From: Synechococcus elongatus PCC 6301
Lineage (GTDB): Bacteria > Cyanobacteriota > Cyanobacteriia > Synechococcales > Synechococcaceae
Assembly (NCBI RefSeq): GCF_000010065.1
Contig: NC_006576.1
Coordinates: forward strand, 2,460,001-2,492,000
Length of the DNA stretch: 32,000 nucleotides
Reading direction: 5' to 3'
Part shown: piece after piece, positions 9,308-18,398 of the stretch
How positions within the stretch are numbered: position 1 is the stretch's first letter
Layout: every line of letters begins with the position of its first letter
Position numbers and translations under genes: made by a program
The notes under the pieces: generated by a model
Database searches by the model: none
Told to the model about the DNA's origin: nothing
What the model saw: the letters and a program-made list of their open reading frames with translations, nothing else

Positions 9308-9583
9308 ATGGCCATTACTGTTCTGATCCCCACCCCCCTGCAAAAATTCACCAACAACCAAGCCAGCTTGGAATGTGAAGCAAGCGATGTGAAATCCTTG
9401 CTAGAGGCGCTGGAACAATCCTTCCCGGGGATTAAAGCGCGTCTGTGCGATGAGCAGGGCCAGTTGCGCCGCTTTTTGAACGTCTACGTCAACAGCGAAG
9501 ATATTCGCTTCCTCGATGGCATTCAAACCAGCTTGGGCAACGGTGACGAAGTCAGCATTGTGCCGGCAGTCGCTGGCGGCTGA
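9308..9583 (+). CDS. MoaD/ThiS family sulfur-carrier-like protein
   Basis: [91 protein letters not shown]; C-terminal GG. Start chosen at ATG 9308 inside ORF 9290..9583. Confidence 0.92.
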   Translation: MAITVLIPTPLQKFTNNQASLECEASDVKSLLEALEQSFPGIKARLCDEQGQLRRFLNVYVNSEDIRFLDGIQTSLGNGDEVSIVPAVAGG

Positions 9584-9626
9584 GATTACCAGCGCCACGT
9601 CATTTGATTGATTTGAATAACAAGAG

Positions 9627-9650
9627 GGGGCTTTTAAGCCCCTTTCTTTT
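9627..9650. terminator. Intrinsic terminator between convergent moaD-like gene and mutL
   Basis: GGGGCTT TT AAGCCCC followed by TTTCTTTTT. Confidence 0.75.
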
Positions 9651-9665
9651 TGCGGGTTGTTTGAA

Positions 9666-11291
9666 TTAGGGATCGCCCAAACCGTGGCTTCGGCCAATCA
9701 TCCACTGGCGACGGAAGTAACGCGCCAGACTGGTTTCCGGTAGCACCAGCGCGATCGGACGTCCATGGGGACAGGTGCGAGGTTGGCGACAGTGCTGCCA
9801 GCGATCGATCAAGGTTTGCTGCTCCTCAGGATAGAGCAGCGTGCCATTGCGGATCGCCGTTCGGCAGGCGATCGCGGCTTGTGCTGCGCTGAGATCCCAA
9901 CCACGACTGAGTTCTAGCAGTGCCTCGACGAGATCCTCACGCTGGGCTAGCGCTGCGGGAATGTGCCGGATCGCCCAAAGATCCTCGCCAAAATCTTCGG
10001 CAGTAATCCCCAAACGATCAAGTTGGAGCCTTTGCTCTAGCGACAGTTTGGATAACAGGATTGGCTGCTGACAAGCCACCAATTGCCAGTCGTCTTGCAA
10101 CTGTTCAAACAGAACACGCTCGTGGGCAATATGCTGCTCAATTAGCCAAAGACTATCGCCCTGTTCCGCCAATACATAGGTATTGAGAACTTGAGCGATC
10201 GCCCGCAGGTGACTCGGAGACTCGCTATAGCTACCTGTTGTTTCTGCAACTCGAAGTAAGGCTGTACTGGCGGGCAACTCAATTTCTTCTGCGGGATCGA
10301 GGGGTAGGGTTTGGGCGATCGCCTCTTGAATACGCTCACACCAGACTGGCAAATCCTGTAGGAATAACTCAGCCTTAGCCGGATGGCGGTGCCAATCGAC
10401 TTGGCTGGGCGGCACTTGCAAATGCGCAAAGACAACCGGGAAGCGATCGCGGGGCAGGCTGCGATGTAACGCACCGATCATCGCTTGCTCCAGTTCCGAC
10501 ACCCGCACCACACGACCATTGACCGCAACCTTGACCCAATCGGGACGGCGACGGTGACAGCGATCGGGCAAGCCAACGACGACTTGCAATTGCCCTTCAG
10601 AACCAAGATCGAGAGACTGCGATCGCCAATCAGCAGGACTAGTATTGGGCAGTAATTGCAATAGTCGCTCTTGAGGATGATGAACAGGCGCAAACGCGAG
10701 CCAGGGTCGATCGTTCTGTGTGACTTGAACCGTGATGCTCGGGTGCGCCAAGACCAGATTTTGAATCTGCTGCTGCACCGCTCGCAGTTGTTGGGCCGGA
10801 CTCGGCTGACTCTGACGACGCTCTAGCCAATCCTGAAAAAGCTGCTGGACTTCGACAATGCAACCCGGTGCGATCGCGATCGGGGTTGCAACTTGAGGCT
10901 GACCGCCGATGTCGTAACTGATTTGCCAACCTGCTGCAGCATCTGCCGTGCGACTGGCAATCGTCAGGCGACCCAGCCGCGCTAGGCTGTGCAGCGCTTC
11001 GCCGCGGAAGCCCAACTGTTCCGCCGTAAAGCGATCGGGGCTGAGCTTGCTGCTGGTATGAGCCAGGGCTGCGAGTTGCAGATTCTCGAGGGAAAGACCC
11101 ATGCCATCGTCAGCTACGCGGACCCGCCATTGCTCGGGCCAGAGGTCAATCACAAGCCGCTGCGTGCCCGCATCTAAACTGTTTTCACAAAGTTCTCGGA
11201 CAACCGCAGCCAGCGAATCGATAACTTCTCCTGCAGCCATGCGAGCGACCCAAGGCGCGGGCAGCGGTTGAATTGTGGGAGCGATCGCCAT
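9666..11291 (-). CDS. mutL: DNA mismatch repair protein MutL
   Basis: 541 aa; MAAGEVIDSLAAVVRELCENSLDAG, DDGMGL, HTSSKL, GFRGEALHSLA; C-terminal IEQHIAHERVLFE, ACRTAIRNG, CPHGRP. Confidence 0.96.
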   Translation of the reverse strand: MAIAPTIQPLPAPWVARMAAGEVIDSLAAVVRELCENSLDAGTQRLVIDLWPEQWRVRVADDGMGLSLENLQLAALAHTSSKLSPDRFTAEQLGFRGEALHSLARLGRLTIASRTADAAAGWQISYDIGGQPQVATPIAIAPGCIVEVQQLFQDWLERRQSQPSPAQQLRAVQQQIQNLVLAHPSITVQVTQNDRPWLAFAPVHHPQERLLQLLPNTSPADWRSQSLDLGSEGQLQVVVGLPDRCHRRRPDWVKVAVNGRVVRVSELEQAMIGALHRSLPRDRFPVVFAHLQVPPSQVDWHRHPAKAELFLQDLPVWCERIQEAIAQTLPLDPAEEIELPASTALLRVAETTGSYSESPSHLRAIAQVLNTYVLAEQGDSLWLIEQHIAHERVLFEQLQDDWQLVACQQPILLSKLSLEQRLQLDRLGITAEDFGEDLWAIRHIPAALAQREDLVEALLELSRGWDLSAAQAAIACRTAIRNGTLLYPEEQQTLIDRWQHCRQPRTCPHGRPIALVLPETSLARYFRRQWMIGRSHGLGDP

Positions 11292-11364
11292 AGGAGCAGC
11301 TTGGCATAAAGCCAGCGATCACCAAGCTCAAATGCAGGAGATTGGCTGTCCCTGCAGACTGGGC

Positions 11365-13110
11365 TCAGCGTTTAGTAGCTCGCTTTGGCTTGTTGGTGTT
11401 TGGTTTTGCGGTGCTCGCTGGGCCAGAAGCTTCCGCCTGTTTCAGCAGGGAATCGGCAAAGCTGATCGCTTCCTCAGCAGAATTGCCGCCAGCCAGTTCC
11501 GCAAGTTCTTGCCGCCGCTGATCGCGATCGCGCAAGGCTTCCAGCTCCACATGGGTGCGATCGCCGCTGACCTGTTTGCGGACGCGATAGTGATGGTCAG
11601 CCAAGGCCGCAATCAGGGGTTGGTGGGTGACGCAGAGCACCTGATGGCGACGACCAAGTTGCTGCAGTTTTTCCGCAATCGCTTGGGAAACACGTCCCGA
11701 GACACCTGCATCAATTTCATCAAAGACTAAGGTTCCTACAGGATCCGCTTCTGAGAAGCAGAGCTTCAGCGCTAGCAAAAAGCGACTCATCTCACCACCG
11801 GAAGCCGTTTCACTCAGGGGTTGCAACGGTTCGCCCGGATTGGGACTAAAGCGAAAACAAACCTGCTCTGCTCCCGTTGGCCCCGGCTCCGATAAGGGCT
11901 GTAACTCCACCTGAAACCGAACCCGTTCCATCGCCAGTGGTGCGAGTTCAGCGATGAGCTTCTGCTCAAGGGTTTGGGCAGTTGCCTGTCGCAAGGCAGT
12001 CAGACAGGCACTTTCTTCAATCAGGGTTTGCTGTCGCTGCGCTAGCTCAGCCTCCCAATACTCCAGGCTTTGATTCTCATCGTTGTCGTCGGCAAGGCGC
12101 TGCTGCAGTTCCTGTTGATAGGCGATCGCATCCTTCAGCTCCGGGCCGTATTTGCGACAGAGTTGCTTAAGTAATTGAATGCGATCGCCAACGGCGGCCA
12201 AGCGATCGGGATCACTCTCTAAGCCTTCGCCGTAACGGTAAAGCTGGCGACTGACTTCTTGAACTTGGGCGATCGCCTCTTGCAGCAGTTGCAACCAAGG
12301 CTGCAGGCTCGGGTCAAAGACGACCATCTGGGTTAGCCCTTGCTCCGCTTCGCCCAGACGATCGCAGGCGGAACCGGCTTCCTCGCTTTGATCAAGCGCT
12401 TGATAAACGCGATAGCTCTGTTGCTGGAGTTCTGCGACGTGGGCTAGGCGATCGCGCTCTTGGCTGAGTTGCGTCAGCTCTTCGGGGTCAGAGAGTTCCG
12501 CCTGGGTCAGTTCCTCGAGCTGAAAGCGATCGAGGTCTTGCTGACGGAGGCGATCGCGATCGCTTTGGCGACGAGTTTCGAGGGTTTGCGCAGCTTCTCG
12601 ATAGGCAGCGTAGGCCAGAGCAACTCCTTGCCGCTGTTTCGCTAGGGATTCTCCGCCAAAACTATCGAGCCAGTCCCGTTGCTGCGCGGTTTGCCCCAGC
12701 GCGACGGTCTGCCCCTGCGCTGTAATTTCAACAAGGTGTCGCCGCAATTCTGCCAATTGCTGACGGTTGACCAAAACGCCATTGACTCGCGATCGGCTGC
12801 GTAAGCCATTGCTGCTCTGCACCAGTTCCCGACTGCAAATCAGGCTGTCTTCGATCGCCTCGATTGCCTGCTCCTGTAACCAAGTCGCCAGATCCGGCGA
12901 AAGGGCAAAGGTCGCCTCCAGTAGGGCGCGATCGCAACCACTGCGGATCGGTCGTCCGCCGGGCTTGCCGCCCAACACACAATCAATCGCATCCAGCAGA
13001 ATTGATTTGCCCGCCCCGGTCTCGCCGGTCAGGACGTGCAAACCTTGTCCCAGCTCAAGCTCTAGCTGGTCAATTAAGGCAAAATTTTCGATGCGTAGCG
13101 ACTGCAACAT
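11365..13110 (-). CDS. recN: DNA repair protein RecN
   Basis: Start MLQSLRIENFALIDQLELELGQGLHVLTGETGAGKSILLDAIDCVLGG at 13110; C-terminal ETASGGEMSRFLLALKLC, LVFDEIDAGVSGRV, HQVLCVTHQP. Confidence 0.96.
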   Translation of the reverse strand: MLQSLRIENFALIDQLELELGQGLHVLTGETGAGKSILLDAIDCVLGGKPGGRPIRSGCDRALLEATFALSPDLATWLQEQAIEAIEDSLICSRELVQSSNGLRSRSRVNGVLVNRQQLAELRRHLVEITAQGQTVALGQTAQQRDWLDSFGGESLAKQRQGVALAYAAYREAAQTLETRRQSDRDRLRQQDLDRFQLEELTQAELSDPEELTQLSQERDRLAHVAELQQQSYRVYQALDQSEEAGSACDRLGEAEQGLTQMVVFDPSLQPWLQLLQEAIAQVQEVSRQLYRYGEGLESDPDRLAAVGDRIQLLKQLCRKYGPELKDAIAYQQELQQRLADDNDENQSLEYWEAELAQRQQTLIEESACLTALRQATAQTLEQKLIAELAPLAMERVRFQVELQPLSEPGPTGAEQVCFRFSPNPGEPLQPLSETASGGEMSRFLLALKLCFSEADPVGTLVFDEIDAGVSGRVSQAIAEKLQQLGRRHQVLCVTHQPLIAALADHHYRVRKQVSGDRTHVELEALRDRDQRRQELAELAGGNSAEEAISFADSLLKQAEASGPASTAKPNTNKPKRATKR

Positions 13111-13181
13111 GGCTTGCTCTCGCCCCGTCATGGGACTGCCATCGTTACAATACTTCAAGTCTTCTGCGTCCGGTGATTGCC

Positions 13182-15041
13182 ATGCATGGGGTTCCAATTG
13201 CCCGCCGTCTGATGACAGAAGACGGCAGTCTGGTCTACGACCCAGAGGCGATCGCTCGCTATTATCTCAATCGGCCCTTTGCTGTCTGGAGCCGCTTCCT
13301 CGAAATTCTTTGGCCGCTGTTCAGCTTCATTTTCGGGCTTTGGTTCGATGCTCGCACCGGCGCGTCCCGCCGCAATCAGAACCAACGGGCAGTGCAACTG
13401 CGCGACCTGCTGACGGAACTCGGCCCTGCCTTCATCAAAGTCGGTCAGGCTCTCTCGACCCGTCCTGATCTGGTGCCACCGGCTTACTTAGAAGAACTGA
13501 CGCGCCTGCAAGATCAGCTACCGGCTTTCCCCAACGCGATCGCCTTTGAATTCATTGAGGCGGAACTGGGTGTTCCTCCTGAGGCGATTTTTGCTGAGCT
13601 GAGTGACAATCCCGTCTCGGCCGCCAGTCTGGGGCAGGTCTATCGAGGGCGTCTGCATACCGGCGAAGAAGTGGCCGTCAAAGTCCAACGCCCGGGCCTC
13701 GCAGAGCGCATTGCCCTCGATCTCTACATCCTGCGCGGCCTAGCTGCTTGGGCGATGCGCAATGTCCGCCGCGTCAAAAGTAATCTGGTGGCGATCGCGG
13801 ACGAATTTGGCCTGCGGATTTTCGAAGAGCTGGACTATCGCCAAGAAGCGGACAACGCCGAACGCTTTGCCGAACTTTATGGGCAGCTTCCCGATATCTA
13901 CGTTCCCAGCATCTATCGCCAATACACCAGTCGTCGTGTCCTGACGATGGAGTGGATCCAAGGCACGAAGCTGACAGAACTTCAGGCGATCCGCAACCAA
14001 GGTATTGATCCGGCCTATCTGATTGAGCGAGGCGTGCAGTGCTCGCTGCGGCAGCTCTTGGAATATGGCTTTTTCCACGCCGATCCCCATCCGGGCAACC
14101 TCCTAGCCACTCCGGATGGTCAGTTGGCCTATCTCGATTTCGGCATGATGAGCCAAGTCGAGGACTATCAGCGCTACGGCCTAATTGAAGCAGTTGTTCA
14201 CCTCGTCAACCGCGACTTCCAAGGCTTGGCGCGCGACTACGTCAAGCTGGAGTTCCTGACGCCCGATACGGATTTGACGCCGATTATTCCGGCCTTGGCG
14301 GGCGTCTTCAAAGATGCGATGGGTGCGAGCGTTGCTGACTTGAACTTCAAGAGCATCACCGATCAGCTCTCGCAGGTGATGTACGACTACCCGTTCCGGG
14401 TTCCTGCCTACTATGCGCTGATCATTCGATCGCTCGTCACCTTAGAGGGCATTGCCATTAACGTCGATCCCAATTTCAAGGTGCTCAGCAAGGCTTACCC
14501 GTTCATTGCTCGTCAAATCCTGACGGATCCCTCTCCCGATCTGCGGGCATCCCTGCGGGAATTGCTCTTTAACGGTGGACAGCTGCGTTGGAATCGCCTA
14601 GAAAACCTACTTCGCAATGCCAGCAATAGCTCGGACTACGACAGCGAACATCTGATTCAACAAACGGTGGATTTTCTGCTCAGCGAATCCGGTCAAGACC
14701 TTCGCGATCGCCTCGTAGAAGAACTGGTCAATAGCCTCGATCGCCTCGGTCGAGGAGCCTTGCCCTTGCTCCGCAATCAAATCCGGCAGCGGTTGGGCAT
14801 GGATCCTGAACCCGACAGTACCTTGACCGATCTGCAGCCGCTACTGCGCGTTCTTTCGCTCTTGCAACAGGGACAACGCTTTGAGCCTCAGCGCTTTATC
14901 CCGCTGATTCCGGTGCTCGGTCGTCCTGAAGTCCAGCAGATGGGCCAGCAAGTGGTGACGGGTCTGGCTCAGAAAGCGCTGGTTCGCTTCATCCGCGAAG
15001 TAGTCGTAGGCGATCGCCGCAATAATGCGATCGCAGCTTAG
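13182..15041 (+). CDS. ABC1/AarF/UbiB family atypical kinase
   Basis: MHGVPIARRLMTEDGSLVYDPEAIARYYLNRPFAVWSR...; KVGQALSTRPDLVPPAYLEELTRLQD, ASLGQVYRGRL, VAVKVQRPG, FFHADPHPGNLL, YLDFGMM. Confidence 0.95.
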   Translation: MHGVPIARRLMTEDGSLVYDPEAIARYYLNRPFAVWSRFLEILWPLFSFIFGLWFDARTGASRRNQNQRAVQLRDLLTELGPAFIKVGQALSTRPDLVPPAYLEELTRLQDQLPAFPNAIAFEFIEAELGVPPEAIFAELSDNPVSAASLGQVYRGRLHTGEEVAVKVQRPGLAERIALDLYILRGLAAWAMRNVRRVKSNLVAIADEFGLRIFEELDYRQEADNAERFAELYGQLPDIYVPSIYRQYTSRRVLTMEWIQGTKLTELQAIRNQGIDPAYLIERGVQCSLRQLLEYGFFHADPHPGNLLATPDGQLAYLDFGMMSQVEDYQRYGLIEAVVHLVNRDFQGLARDYVKLEFLTPDTDLTPIIPALAGVFKDAMGASVADLNFKSITDQLSQVMYDYPFRVPAYYALIIRSLVTLEGIAINVDPNFKVLSKAYPFIARQILTDPSPDLRASLRELLFNGGQLRWNRLENLLRNASNSSDYDSEHLIQQTVDFLLSESGQDLRDRLVEELVNSLDRLGRGALPLLRNQIRQRLGMDPEPDSTLTDLQPLLRVLSLLQQGQRFEPQRFIPLIPVLGRPEVQQMGQQVVTGLAQKALVRFIREVVVGDRRNNAIAA

Positions 15042-15052
15042 AGCGATCGCTC

Positions 15053-16006
15053 TCAATTGATTCGCTCTAGCCAATGTTTGAGGGCTTTATCTGTGAGATC
15101 TGAGAGATTTTCTTGAAGCCCTGGAGCCTTGGCAAAACGGTAGGAGCCCATTCCCCAATTCACACTGAGCTTAAAACCAGAGCTACAAGGCCCCCAATAA
15201 CCAGCAGTGATCCAGTTGGTCCAGTAGCGAATCCGTCGCACTTGCCCTGAGAAGTAGCGGCGATCAGACAACCAGAGAAAAATACAAAATTCACCCGCAG
15301 GATCGATCCGTAACTCTGCTAAATATTTCTTGCCTTTGCCATAGTAGATACCGCGATCTTGTGCTGTTTCTTGAATGCGCGGATCAAATTTCAGGATCTT
15401 GGCACGGAGCTTGAGAAGACCGGCTGATTGCTCTGGCGTGCAGCGTTTAATCCAGTTCTGCATCAAGCGTGGTGGCTCCGGTAAATCCTCTGAATGGCTA
15501 GGGAGCTGCAAGACTGGAATTTCTTGATGGCGCTGTTCTTGCGTCTCGAGGTTGAGCAAAGTCAAATAGTGTTTTTGGCGATGCTTCCGAATTTGATACT
15601 GATACAGCTCGAAAGAGAGCTGGCTGTAGCGAATATCCGTGAAGTTGTCAGCGTGATAACTGGGCGCGATCGCAAGCAATCGAATCGATCGCTGATAGTC
15701 AACCTGATCCGCAAAGGGCTGTTCTCGTTGCAACGCATCAAAATAACGAGTCAGTTGCGGAATCAAGTAGCGATCTTCAGCAACTTTGAGCTCAACAACT
15801 GTCAGCCGCTGTTGGCTGACTGCCAAAATATCGCAGCATTGATTACTAACTCGGAACTGGCGCTGCAGCGGTTGGCAATCAAGCAAGTGAGGCAAACAAG
15901 CCCAGATCAGCAACTCCAGCTCGCCTTCATTGGCAAACTTCCATTCGGCTCCAGACTGAGTGAGCTGAATTCCTTGCAATGTTTGAGCGATCGTTTTAGC
16001 CGCCAT
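15053..16006 (-). CDS. PD-(D/E)XK-type nuclease-like protein (DUF91/NucS-like N-terminal domain), otherwise uncharacterised
   Basis: 317 aa; CCDILAVSQQRLTVVELKVAEDRYLIPQLTRYFDALQREQP matches a D-(n)-ExK core followed by a QLxRY helix. Confidence 0.6.
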   Translation of the reverse strand: MAAKTIAQTLQGIQLTQSGAEWKFANEGELELLIWACLPHLLDCQPLQRQFRVSNQCCDILAVSQQRLTVVELKVAEDRYLIPQLTRYFDALQREQPFADQVDYQRSIRLLAIAPSYHADNFTDIRYSQLSFELYQYQIRKHRQKHYLTLLNLETQEQRHQEIPVLQLPSHSEDLPEPPRLMQNWIKRCTPEQSAGLLKLRAKILKFDPRIQETAQDRGIYYGKGKKYLAELRIDPAGEFCIFLWLSDRRYFSGQVRRIRYWTNWITAGYWGPCSSGFKLSVNWGMGSYRFAKAPGLQENLSDLTDKALKHWLERIN

Positions 16007-16051
16007 GACTGTGAGTTAAAGGTGCGATCGCTCCTTCAGTAGCTGATTCGC

Positions 16052-16309
16052 TCAGGACTTCTTCTCAGCGACTGCTAACAGTACCAAGATGCTATTGAGG
16101 AAGCCTTCAACTTCGCCTTGATAAGCGCCCAACGCACGCGATCGCTCTGCCGCAACTAATTCTGTAAGCAGGCGTAACCCTTGGCCTTGTTGCCAACGTA
16201 ACAGAGCATCTTCGTCACCATTTGAGACGGCGTTGATCAGGGCTGCGTATTCTTGTGCAGCGGCACCAGCACGAATCCAACTGGGGCTAAAGCGACTGAG
16301 AGAAGACAT
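16052..16309 (-). CDS. Small conserved-type hypothetical protein, 85 aa
   Basis: MSSLSRFSPSWIRAGAAAQEYAALINAVSNGDEDALLRWQQGQGLRLLTELVAAERSRALGAYQGEVEGFLNSILVLLAVAEKKS; fits between neighbouring minus-strand genes. Confidence 0.6.
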   Translation of the reverse strand: MSSLSRFSPSWIRAGAAAQEYAALINAVSNGDEDALLRWQQGQGLRLLTELVAAERSRALGAYQGEVEGFLNSILVLLAVAEKKS

Positions 16310-16400
16310 GATGATTCCTGTGCTTCTTTCTAGTGTCGACGATCGCCCTCTGCAGATTTACATTTCGCAGAAAAAGCAGCTTAAATCAGAAACTTAGCTT

Positions 16401-17366
16401 TTAAGTACCGCTGCTCTGGGCTTCGAAGCGTTCATAGGCCTCAACAATGCGCTGCACTAAGGGATGGCGCACCACGTCCTGCCGACCGAGCTTACAGAAA
16501 GCAATACCTTCAACATTGCTCAAAATCCGTTCTGCCATGACCAGTCCCGAGGGGACCGAGGATGGCAAATCCGTTTGGCTGGGATCGCCTGTCACTACCA
16601 GCTTGGAGCCAAAGCCAATCCGCGTCAGCATCATCTTCATCTGAGCCGGTGTCGTGTTTTGGGCTTCATCCAAAATCACAAAGGCACGGTTGAGGGTGCG
16701 ACCCCGCATGTAGGCTAGCGGCGCAACTTCAATCACCCCACGTTCCATCAGTGCCGAAATCCGCTCCGGCTCTACTAATTCATGAAGCGCATCGTAGAGC
16801 GGCCGCAGATAAGGATCAATTTTCTGTTGCAAATCACCGGGGAGAAAACCCAGCCGTTCGCCCGCTTCCACAGCAGGCCGTGTCAGAATCAGCCGCTCAC
16901 ATTGGTTTTCCAGCAGCGACTGCACCGCGACAACAGCCGCTAGAAAGGTCTTGCCGGTACCAGCAGGCCCAAGACCAAAGGTCAGCGTCTCCTTACGCAT
17001 CGCTTGGATGTAGCGTTGCTGGCGAAAGGTGCGCGCCCGAATGACTTCGCCCCGACGGGTCCGCGCCAGCACGTCTTCCCGCATCGCCAACAGTTCTGGC
17101 TGACGCTGGGTATCGATCGCCTGTCGTGCCGTCAAAATATCGACTTCCGCGATCGCGCGCCCCTCAGACCAGAGAGCTTCCAAAGCAGCGACTATCTGCC
17201 CACAGAGCCGAATCTGAGTTTCGGTGCCCCGCAGCACCAATTCCTGACCCCGCAAAACGACATCTGCTCCCGTTTGGCGAGCGAGCAATTTGAGATTGGC
17301 TTGCCCTTCGCCACTCAGGGCGATCGCACTTTCCAAGCTCGGTAAAAAAATAGAGGTTGACTCCAT
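16401..17366 (-). CDS. phoH: PhoH family ATPase
   Basis: 321 aa; FGLGPAGTGKTFLAAVVAVQSLL, ILTRPAVEAGERLGFLPGDLQQKIDPYLRPLYDAL, FVILDEAQNTTPAQMKMMLTRIGFGSKLVVTGDPSQTDLP. Confidence 0.97.
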   Translation of the reverse strand: MESTSIFLPSLESAIALSGEGQANLKLLARQTGADVVLRGQELVLRGTETQIRLCGQIVAALEALWSEGRAIAEVDILTARQAIDTQRQPELLAMREDVLARTRRGEVIRARTFRQQRYIQAMRKETLTFGLGPAGTGKTFLAAVVAVQSLLENQCERLILTRPAVEAGERLGFLPGDLQQKIDPYLRPLYDALHELVEPERISALMERGVIEVAPLAYMRGRTLNRAFVILDEAQNTTPAQMKMMLTRIGFGSKLVVTGDPSQTDLPSSVPSGLVMAERILSNVEGIAFCKLGRQDVVRHPLVQRIVEAYERFEAQSSGT

Positions 17367-17492
17367 TCAGAGCCCACCTCTCAGACAATGGGCGATCGCA
17401 CGCACAGAGTGCATCTCAACCCTCAATTGAAATTTCAAAATTTTTGCGACGGATGCCGATTCCTATAGCGGTAGCGGCACCCCAGCTAGCAA

Positions 17493-17666
17493 TTAGCGAC
17501 GACGACGACGAGAGGCTTCGAGCTTGCGCTTGCGGCGTTGGCTCGGCTTTTCATAGTGCTCGCGTCGACGGACTTCGGGAAGAATGCCAGCTTTCTGGAT
17601 TTTCTTCTTGAAACGACGAAGTGCTGACTCGATCGTTTCGTTTTCGCCTAGACGGACTTCAGCCAC
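17493..17666 (-). CDS. rpsU: 30S ribosomal protein S21 (57 aa, GTG start)
   Basis: Translated by hand, absent from the ORF track: (V/M)[56 protein letters not shown]; GGGAGGTGATT ribosome binding site upstream. Confidence 0.95.
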   Translation of the reverse strand: MAEVRLGENETIESALRRFKKKIQKAGILPEVRRREHYEKPSQRRKRKLEASRRRRR

Positions 17667-17725
17667 GCTTTGTAATCACCTCCCGAATAAAAGCTAAATG
17701 TTGAACTTCGAGACTTGCAGAATCA

Positions 17726-18043
17726 TTATTCTACCGGATTGCGGTCTCGGCGCTGCGGTCGTTCTGTGTGGCGTGCTTGCCCCAAAACTTCCAAATGGAT
17801 TTGCTGACCTGCTAGCTCCGCTGCGGCATTGAGGATGGCACGCACCGCCTGAAGGTTCCGCCCTCCTCGCCCCAAAATACGAGGCATGGCAGCATCTTCT
17901 GCCGCCAAACGCAAAAGAACCCGTCGACCGGCTTGCGTGGTCTCGCTATCTAAACGTAGCGACTCACCCGGTTCTAACAGGGGCTGGAGCAAATGGCGAA
18001 CGAGCCCAACATAGTCGGGTCGATCAGCAGGAGCCTGAGACAA
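17726..18043 (-). CDS. khpA: KH-domain RNA-binding protein (KhpA family)
   Basis: MSQAPADRPDYVGLVRHLLQPLLEPGESLRLD...MPRILGRGGRNLQAVRAILNAAAELAGQQIHLEV; GRGGRN KH loop; directly downstream of rpsP. Confidence 0.85.
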   Translation of the reverse strand: MSQAPADRPDYVGLVRHLLQPLLEPGESLRLDSETTQAGRRVLLRLAAEDAAMPRILGRGGRNLQAVRAILNAAAELAGQQIHLEVLGQARHTERPQRRDRNPVE

Positions 18044-18046
18044 AAC

Positions 18047-18295
18047 CTAGGCCTTGAGCTGTTCAAAGATTTGGGCTTTACGCAGAATGCTGCGCACGGT
18101 TTCCGTCGGTTGAGCGCCTTGTTGGAGACGACGGACGATCGCCGGCACATCCAGACGGGTTTCGTTGGTGCGGGGGTTGTAGAATCCCAACTCTTCTAGG
18201 GGCAGGCCATCGCGGCGCGAGGTGCTGTTGGTCGCCACGATACGGTAGCTGACTTCCCGTTTCTTACCGAAGCGCTTGAGACGCAGTTTGATCAT
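18047..18295 (-). CDS. rpsP: 30S ribosomal protein S16
   Basis: [82 protein letters not shown]. Confidence 0.98.
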   Translation of the reverse strand: MIKLRLKRFGKKREVSYRIVATNSTSRRDGLPLEELGFYNPRTNETRLDVPAIVRRLQQGAQPTETVRSILRKAQIFEQLKA

Positions 18296-18398
18296 GCGAA
18301 TGCTCTGATGAGTGACATCAACTGAGATTGGCTAGAGATAGCCGACAATCTCTCAAATTACCATGGCTGGCAACCGAGAGCCAAACGACAGTCCTTGA

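Noticed and set aside
12767-13468. Plus ORF 233 aa across the recN/ABC1K divergent region, and the N-terminal extension 12864-13181 of the kinase ORF
   Set aside because: Antisense to the conserved RecN N-terminus (Walker A); the kinase homology starts at about 13182.
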